Assembly: GCA_964603585.1 (NCBI GenBank)
Contig: CAZRVK010000002.1
Coordinates: 243,561-307,560 of the forward strand
Source of the DNA: an uncultured Planctomycetales bacterium
Lineage (GTDB): Bacteria > Omnitrophota > Gorgyraeia > Gygaellales > Profunditerraquicolaceae
Direction: 5' to 3'
DNA: 64,000 nucleotides
Shown piece after piece: positions 58,564-64,000 of the stretch (the stretch's first letter is position 1; each line of letters opens with the position of its first letter). A program made the translations under genes and the position numbers. The notes below the pieces were generated by a model. It was not told the DNA's origin, did not search any database, and was given only the letters and a program-made list of their open reading frames with translations.

Positions 58564-59301
58564 ATGGCACATTTATTACCGCCAAAACAATGCTCGTCAA
58601 ATTTACCCAGTTGGACTGATCCTACGCTTACGGACTTGACCACTGAGATCCGTAAAGTCCACATGGATGAGCTGCGCTCATTTTTAAATAATGAATTTAC
58701 GCGCAGAGGCAAATCTCAGGGCAGTTACACAGACCCTGCGATTACCGCCCTGGTCACTGAAATCCGTAAAGTCCACATGGATGAGCTAAGGTCGGAATTG
58801 TCAGCCTGTAAATCCGGCAGGGGCGAGTCAGGCTACTGCCCGCAGGATAATTCCGGCTGCATGGATTTTACAGACCCGGTAATTACTGCTCTCGTAACAG
58901 AAATTAGAGGAGTGCATTTCCGCCAGGCAAGAAGCAAGGTTGAGGTTTTAATGACCAGCTGCATCTGCGAGACCGAACAGTGCCAGTACTGCGCAGACTG
59001 CGGCTATTACTACCAGACCTGCTCGCATGCAGGCGTAGCCTGCGATAACCATAAATACAACGAATGCATGCATTCTATAAATAATTATTGGATCTGCGCC
59101 AGTATCAATCTGCCCTCGGGGGCAGCGCATCCTTACAAGGCAGCTTCAGGGGATCCGCTTTCAACAACGCCCTGGGACGGCTACGTGCCCTGGGATTGGT
59201 GCGTATATGCTCCGCCCGGGTCTAACTGGGGATCCTGCGAATATCAGGGCGGGCATGACCATACTGCCTGGAACTGCAAATGCAACCCATACACATGGTA
59301 A
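58564..59301 (+). CDS. Cys-rich protein with three tandem about 22-aa repeats (candidate radical-SAM substrate)
   Basis: Repeats TDPTLTDLTTEIRKVHMDELRS / TDPAITALVTEIRKVHMDELRS / TDPVITALVTEIRGVHFRQARS; 17 Cys, 13 of them in the C-terminal about 120 aa, with many Trp/Tyr. Confidence 0.6.
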   Translation: MAHLLPPKQCSSNLPSWTDPTLTDLTTEIRKVHMDELRSFLNNEFTRRGKSQGSYTDPAITALVTEIRKVHMDELRSELSACKSGRGESGYCPQDNSGCMDFTDPVITALVTEIRGVHFRQARSKVEVLMTSCICETEQCQYCADCGYYYQTCSHAGVACDNHKYNECMHSINNYWICASINLPSGAAHPYKAASGDPLSTTPWDGYVPWDWCVYAPPGSNWGSCEYQGGHDHTAWNCKCNPYTW

Positions 59302-59663
59302 ACGACAAATTTTTAACGAAGAAGATTTCAGAACAGGAAAAAGAAAGCAGCGTCAGCGAGCTGCTCCACTGGGTTAAAGACAATCTTAAAGATGAAGATG
59401 CAGCTGAGTTTACCCGGAATAAGTTTAGTACTCTCAGAGCGTTTACAGCAGCGGTGCAGGAAACCTATCAGGCATTAGGGGTAAGGGGAGAAAAAGGCCT
59501 TGAGTCTGATTTTATGCTCGTTATTGCCGGAGGCCGTAAAGCTAAGATTTACGTTTCCTGCTGCATTCCGCTTACCCGGGCGCACAAAGATATATTCCTG
59601 CAGAAGCTGGGCGCCGAGCTGGAAGAGATAGACCAGAATTTAAGCAAATTGACTTGGAGGTAA
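59280..59663 (+). CDS. hypothetical protein (127 aa) between Cys-rich protein and rSAM genes
   Basis: ORF only; overlaps upstream stop. Confidence 0.35.
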   Translation: MQPIHMVNDKFLTKKISEQEKESSVSELLHWVKDNLKDEDAAEFTRNKFSTLRAFTAAVQETYQALGVRGEKGLESDFMLVIAGGRKAKIYVSCCIPLTRAHKDIFLQKLGAELEEIDQNLSKLTWR

Positions 59664-59664
59664 G

Positions 59665-60879
59665 ATGGCGGTATTTGAATTGGCCAGGACAAATATAACA
59701 GGCAGTCTTCCGGAGCAGTGCCGGGATGTAATTAAGAAATACAAATCAGACGGCATGTTTGATATCTGCTCGATTACCAGCGGCAGGCAGGACTATACCA
59801 CAGTCTATTTTTTGATGACCCAGGACTGCAATTTAAACTGCGCATACTGCTATCAGCCGAAGGAATTCCGCAGCAAAGAAGCAGTGATTACTAAACAAAT
59901 TATTGACGATACCATGACTTGGGCTCTAAAGACATTTGATGAGGCTAAGATTAAATTCAGTATCTTTGGCGGCGAGCCGTTTCTAAATACCACGATGATT
60001 AAATATCTCTGTGGTACTTACTGCATGTACCGCTATGTGGTTACTACTAACGGCCTTGTGCTGCTAAAGGACGCTGCCTTGCGCGAATGGGTCTTAAAAC
60101 ATAAATATCATCTGAATTTAAGCGTGAGCATTACCGCGCTTCGCCAGGTCCTTGGCCAAAGATATTTAGATGAGGCAGGGCCGGTGCTGGATCTGATAAA
60201 AGCTAACGGCGGAGATGCGCATTATGTGATTGACGATCCTGACCGCCCGGGCATTTATGAAGAGATTGTCCGACTCTATGAATACGGCATTCCTGTGGTA
60301 AGGGTTTCCTCAGCCAGGCATTGGGATCTGATCAAAGAGAAGAATGAGGCATACAAGTCATTATTCAAAAGAATAGCAGACTACATTTATTTTACCGGAG
60401 AGCCTAAGTTTGGAAGGAGCCAGTGGGATATTGCCTTAAAGAATAACCTTTATAGAAAACTCAAAGGCGTGCCTTTAAAGCAGGTACCGCCCACGTTCTG
60501 CGGTTGCGGTTATTTGTATCTGGCGGTTAATCATAAAGGCGAGATTTATCCCTGCGACTTCTTTGCCAATTTCCCGGAGTTTAAGATCGGCGATATCTAC
60601 TCAGGATTTAACGAGACAGCTTATTTCTTCAAGAAGATGGGCGACTGGATAGATGAGCTTTATGAGGACTGCCGGAACTGCACGGTATGCGAAGGCTGCG
60701 ATATCCGGCTCTGCCCGCGGGCAATGTGCCTGGCAGAAAATTATATCGTAAACGGCAGCCCTTTAAAGCCGGCAGCAAACCACTGCTGGGCGAATAAGGC
60801 TGAGTACGCCAACTTTGAATACATTGCTAAGAAGGCAATTGCTCTGGGCATCGATGAGCTTTATTACAGGGGAAAATGA
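59665..60879 (+). CDS. radical SAM / SPASM-domain protein 1
   Basis: CNLNCAYC (CX3CX2C) at about 59827; C-terminal CGCGYLYLAVNHKGEIYPCD and CRNCTVCEGCDIRLCPRAMC auxiliary-cluster motifs. Confidence 0.75.
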   Translation: MAVFELARTNITGSLPEQCRDVIKKYKSDGMFDICSITSGRQDYTTVYFLMTQDCNLNCAYCYQPKEFRSKEAVITKQIIDDTMTWALKTFDEAKIKFSIFGGEPFLNTTMIKYLCGTYCMYRYVVTTNGLVLLKDAALREWVLKHKYHLNLSVSITALRQVLGQRYLDEAGPVLDLIKANGGDAHYVIDDPDRPGIYEEIVRLYEYGIPVVRVSSARHWDLIKEKNEAYKSLFKRIADYIYFTGEPKFGRSQWDIALKNNLYRKLKGVPLKQVPPTFCGCGYLYLAVNHKGEIYPCDFFANFPEFKIGDIYSGFNETAYFFKKMGDWIDELYEDCRNCTVCEGCDIRLCPRAMCLAENYIVNGSPLKPAANHCWANKAEYANFEYIAKKAIALGIDELYYRGK

Positions 60880-61955
60880 AGATACCGTTTTATAAAACAG
60901 TTTACCTTTATCTTACACATGCCTGCAATTCAGGGTGCAGCTTCTGCTACCGCCGGGGATTATTTACCCGAAACAAACCCGAAAGCCTTGGCCCCCGGTT
61001 TATGAGCGAGGAGACAGCTTTCAGGATCCTGGAGTTTGTATTCTCAGAGCTTAAGCTGGATCCTAAATTTGCCGTCTACTTCTGGGGAGGGGAGCCGTTA
61101 TTAAACTTTACGGTGATAAAAGCTGTGGTTGAAAAACTTCCGCAGTTTTTATACCACACCAACACTAACGGCGCGCCCATAAATCAGGGTATGTATGACT
61201 GGCTGAGCAGGCACAAGAATTTAAGCTTTACCTGGTCCCTGGGCAATGCCTATGAAAAATACGGAAGCTTAAAAGCAAAAGTTTATGCAGAGCCCTGGGG
61301 CTTAAAGCTGGTAAAAGAAAACCCGCAGCATAATGTCAACTTCATGGTCACGCAGTACGGCAGGCTGGCTGAGGATTTTGATTTTTTAATTAATAACGTG
61401 ACCCGCAATGTCACCATAGACCTGGCTACAAGGTTTGAGCATAAAGAGGAGGATCTGGAAGAGTTTGCTGAGCAGTATCTTAAGCTGCTTTTGAAATACA
61501 GAGATGATAAAGAGCTGTATCGGGAAATTAATCCGGCAATACACTCCAACCTTTATTTTAAGGAGTTCGGGTTTAAGGCGCAGGTAGAGGATTTTCATTA
61601 CTGCCGGTCTGGCTTAGAAAGGATTTTTATTGATACCCAGGGCGGTATCTGGCAGTGCGACAACATGTATATCTGCCAGCATAATAAATTAGGGGATATC
61701 GAGAAAGGCATTGATTATTCAAAGCTTGACCTTGCCTGGGAGATCGACGCCAACAGGGAAAAGTATCTTGGGCAGTACTGCCGGGATTGCGAGCTTTACC
61801 GCTTGTGCCCGCGTAATAAATGCTTAGGTCTAAACCTGGAATGGATGGGGGATATGTTTAAGCCGGAGCCGTCATTCTGTAAGATGTGCAAAGTCTTATT
61901 CAAAATAACCAAACGCTACATTGAGCTTGAAAAGGAGGCGAGATTATGCAGCTGA
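60876..61955 (+). CDS. radical SAM / SPASM-domain protein 2
   Basis: CNSGCSFC at about 60924; C-terminal CRDCELYRLCPRNKC and FCKMC. Confidence 0.75.
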   Translation: MKIPFYKTVYLYLTHACNSGCSFCYRRGLFTRNKPESLGPRFMSEETAFRILEFVFSELKLDPKFAVYFWGGEPLLNFTVIKAVVEKLPQFLYHTNTNGAPINQGMYDWLSRHKNLSFTWSLGNAYEKYGSLKAKVYAEPWGLKLVKENPQHNVNFMVTQYGRLAEDFDFLINNVTRNVTIDLATRFEHKEEDLEEFAEQYLKLLLKYRDDKELYREINPAIHSNLYFKEFGFKAQVEDFHYCRSGLERIFIDTQGGIWQCDNMYICQHNKLGDIEKGIDYSKLDLAWEIDANREKYLGQYCRDCELYRLCPRNKCLGLNLEWMGDMFKPEPSFCKMCKVLFKITKRYIELEKEARLCS

Positions 61956-63097
61956 AGGAAAACGAAATCAAAAGCATCGATTTATTCATTACCGAGCAGT
62001 GCAACATGAAATGTGACTACTGCTTTCATAATCAAACTGATGCGGTGTTGTCAGTTGAGCAGGGCAGGAAGATCCTGGAGCGAATGAAGGCATTAAGCCC
62101 GGGTAATCTGCAGATTACCTTTTTTGGCGGCGAGCCACTGTTGTATCCGCAGACCGTATTGCAGCTGGCTGAATACGCCAGAACGCTTTGGCAGCCCGAC
62201 AAAGAAGGAAGGCATACATCGACATTTTCTATTTCAACGAACGGCATGTTCTTTGATGAGGACGTCTTTAAGAAATTTGCCGAGCTTGGCATGGCCATTC
62301 AGGTCAGCTGCGACGGAGATAAAATTACCCAGGAAGAATACCGGCACGGAGACCACGCGCTTATCATTGAAAATATGAAGAAGATTTTAAAGCTAAAGCC
62401 GGATATGAGCGTGCGCATGACTTTCACACCTAAGACAGTAGGCAGGCTGGCTATTAATATCCAGTATCTTCATGAGCTTGGCGTTGCCAAGATTACACAC
62501 CATGCGGTGATGGAAGAGGACTGGACAGAAGAAGCAGTCCAGCAGTACCAGTATCAATTAGCTCAGGTTTATCATTACCGCAGGTACTGCAAAAGGCAGG
62601 ATATCCCTCTTGAGATCGCTTTCATTGATAAGCCCCTCAAAGTCCTTAACGATGAAATCCCTGCAGAGAAGGAATACTGCCAGGCAGGCAAAAGCTACAT
62701 TGCCGTATTAGACAACGGAGATGTTTACCCCTGCCACCGTGCAGCAAGCGCCAGGCTCTTTAAGCTGGGAAGTATCTTTGACGAGATTCCTTTTATCAGG
62801 GGAATCTTTTTAAATATAGACAAGGAATACACCGGCTGCTGGAAAAACTGCAGGCACTCCAGAACCTGCCACAGCTGCATTATTACGCACTTTAAGGTCA
62901 ACCAGGAATTAAACGCGCCTTTAGCAAAATACTGCAAGCTCTGCGCTGTGGAAAACAATCAGGCATTAGGATATCTGCCGGTTGAGTTAGCTGACCGCAG
63001 GGAGCGGATGCTTTATAAAATAGGCAATGTCCTGGTGGATGTTGCCAGGCAGAATGAGGAAATCTTAAGACTGCTCAAGATAAAAGGAGGGGTTTAA
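61946..63097 (+). CDS. radical SAM / SPASM-domain protein 3
   Basis: CNMKCDYC at about 62000; C-terminal CQAGKSYIAVLDNGDVYPCH and CWKNCRHSRTCHSC. Confidence 0.75.
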   Translation: MQLKENEIKSIDLFITEQCNMKCDYCFHNQTDAVLSVEQGRKILERMKALSPGNLQITFFGGEPLLYPQTVLQLAEYARTLWQPDKEGRHTSTFSISTNGMFFDEDVFKKFAELGMAIQVSCDGDKITQEEYRHGDHALIIENMKKILKLKPDMSVRMTFTPKTVGRLAINIQYLHELGVAKITHHAVMEEDWTEEAVQQYQYQLAQVYHYRRYCKRQDIPLEIAFIDKPLKVLNDEIPAEKEYCQAGKSYIAVLDNGDVYPCHRAASARLFKLGSIFDEIPFIRGIFLNIDKEYTGCWKNCRHSRTCHSCIITHFKVNQELNAPLAKYCKLCAVENNQALGYLPVELADRRERMLYKIGNVLVDVARQNEEILRLLKIKGGV

Positions 63098-63099
63098 CC

Positions 63100-63390
63100 A
63101 TGGGCAAAGTTATAAATCACGAGGAGATAACGGTTGAGGATATAGTAAAGAGCTTAAATCCGGCAGTATACAATCCGGGCAGCGGCGAGTCAGCTTCTTT
63201 TGCGCTTATCCATGCCGAAGGCGGGCCGATGAGATATTTTGTCAACGGCCAAAACCCTACGCCGTCATCCGGAGCGCTTTTAGAAGATGGAGACATTGTG
63301 GAGCTGCCGTCAATTTATCATATTAAGGATTTTAGGGTGGTTAAGTCAGGAGACGACCCGGGCAAACTCACCGTAACTTACGAGGCTTGA
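63100..63390 (+). CDS. hypothetical protein (96 aa)
   Basis: ORF with GGAGG RBS. Confidence 0.35.
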   Translation: MGKVINHEEITVEDIVKSLNPAVYNPGSGESASFALIHAEGGPMRYFVNGQNPTPSSGALLEDGDIVELPSIYHIKDFRVVKSGDDPGKLTVTYEA

Positions 63391-63405
63391 AAGGAGGCGT
63401 TAAAT

Positions 63406-63960
63406 ATGCAGCTGCATCTTAAACACAGAAAGGCAAGCAGAATACTTAAAAGGGTCTATGAGATAAATTCCGACGGAGGCCTTCCTAAGACCGGCCAGAG
63501 CATGATTTATCAGCCCGGAGACGACGGCTCATACCAGATGGGCTATCCTCTCGGCGGAGAAGCAAGGTTTATTGACAACGCAGATGGTACGGTAGTCGAT
63601 TTGGCCACGGGTCTTATGTGGATAAAAAATCCGCAGGAGGCAGGATTAGGTTCTCCTATGTACTGGTATGACGCAATCAATGCCTGCGAGAATCTTGACT
63701 TTGCCGGACACAACGACTGGAGGCTTCCGAATATAAACGAGCTGATGTCTATTGTGGATCACTCCAGATATGACCCGGCATTTGACCCGCTCTTTTTTAC
63801 GCCGTTTTCGGATACCTGGACTCCTTGCTGGTCCTCAACTTCAAGCGCGTCTTGGATAGACGGCGCGTGGGCAATGTATCCCTATGACGGCTATAAGACT
63901 ACCTGGGGAAAACCCTGGGATATGTGTTATGTCAGACCTGTAAGAGGCGGGCAGGCTTAA
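63406..63960 (+). CDS. DUF1566 (Lcl C-terminal-like) domain protein
   Basis: GLMWIKNP...NDWRLPNINELMSIVD matches the DUF1566 signature. Confidence 0.6.
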   Translation: MQLHLKHRKASRILKRVYEINSDGGLPKTGQSMIYQPGDDGSYQMGYPLGGEARFIDNADGTVVDLATGLMWIKNPQEAGLGSPMYWYDAINACENLDFAGHNDWRLPNINELMSIVDHSRYDPAFDPLFFTPFSDTWTPCWSSTSSASWIDGAWAMYPYDGYKTTWGKPWDMCYVRPVRGGQA

Positions 63961-64000
63961 GAAACGGAGGATATAAAAATGGCAGGCGAAAAAATTACTG

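Larger units (their letters stand above)
34842..64000. mobile_element. lambda-like siphovirus prophage (left end at tRNA-Gln; right end beyond window)
   Basis: Serine recombinase next to tRNA; contiguous phage regulatory, replication, packaging, head and tail modules in lambda order: Nu1/A-like, W, B, C/Nu3, D, E, ..., V, G/T frameshift, H, M, L, K, I-J. Confidence 0.8.

Overview
The window has two parts. Positions 1 to about 33.9 kb are an origin-proximal stretch of conserved bacterial chromosome. Positions about 34.8 kb to 64 kb are a lambda-like siphovirus prophage integrated immediately 3' of tRNA-Gln(CTG) and running past the window end.

The chromosomal part carries, in order: a partial dnaA on the minus strand, a DnaA-box/AT-rich oriC region, rpmH, yidD (rnpA is missing between them), yidC, a Jag-N fragment, two perfect parS sites, parA, parB, ndk, yicC, gmk, rpoZ, coaC, tRNA-Cys/Leu/Val, cpaF, thrS, infC, rpmI, rplT, two trkA genes and trkH, pheS, pheT, a promoter/U-tract-bounded structured small-RNA candidate, rarA, a Cys-rich MetV-like protein, iscU/nifU, MTHFS, rny, ymdB, a secreted TIM-barrel-like hydrolase, xseA, xseB, dxs, a four-subunit 2-oxoacid:ferredoxin oxidoreductase, gltX and a small lipoprotein.

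The prophage begins with a large serine recombinase, then a phage sigma factor, a replication-initiator-like HTH gene with an embedded GTGACA-N4-TGTCAC iteron array, a ParB-MTase fusion, TerS, TerL (gpA-like), gpW, portal (gpB-like), protease/scaffold, a gpD-like decoration protein, the gpE-like major capsid protein, tail genes including a gpG/gpT -1 frameshift, tape measure, gpM, gpL, gpK and an I-J fusion.

The two most unusual observations:
1. A perfect 403-bp tandem duplication sits directly 5' of the intact tRNA-Gln. Each copy is 'tRNA-Gln 5' half (nt 1-36) + two hairpins + a GIY-YIG (YhbQ-like) nuclease gene'.
2. Inside the prophage tail-fibre region, a 17-Cys protein with three internal 22-aa repeats is followed by three consecutive radical-SAM/SPASM genes, with a DUF1566 protein at the distal end. 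This looks like a phage-borne radical-SAM maturation system acting on a structural or secreted Cys-rich protein, a context I do not recognise as described.

All calls rest on reading the sequence and ORF translations. No database searches were run.
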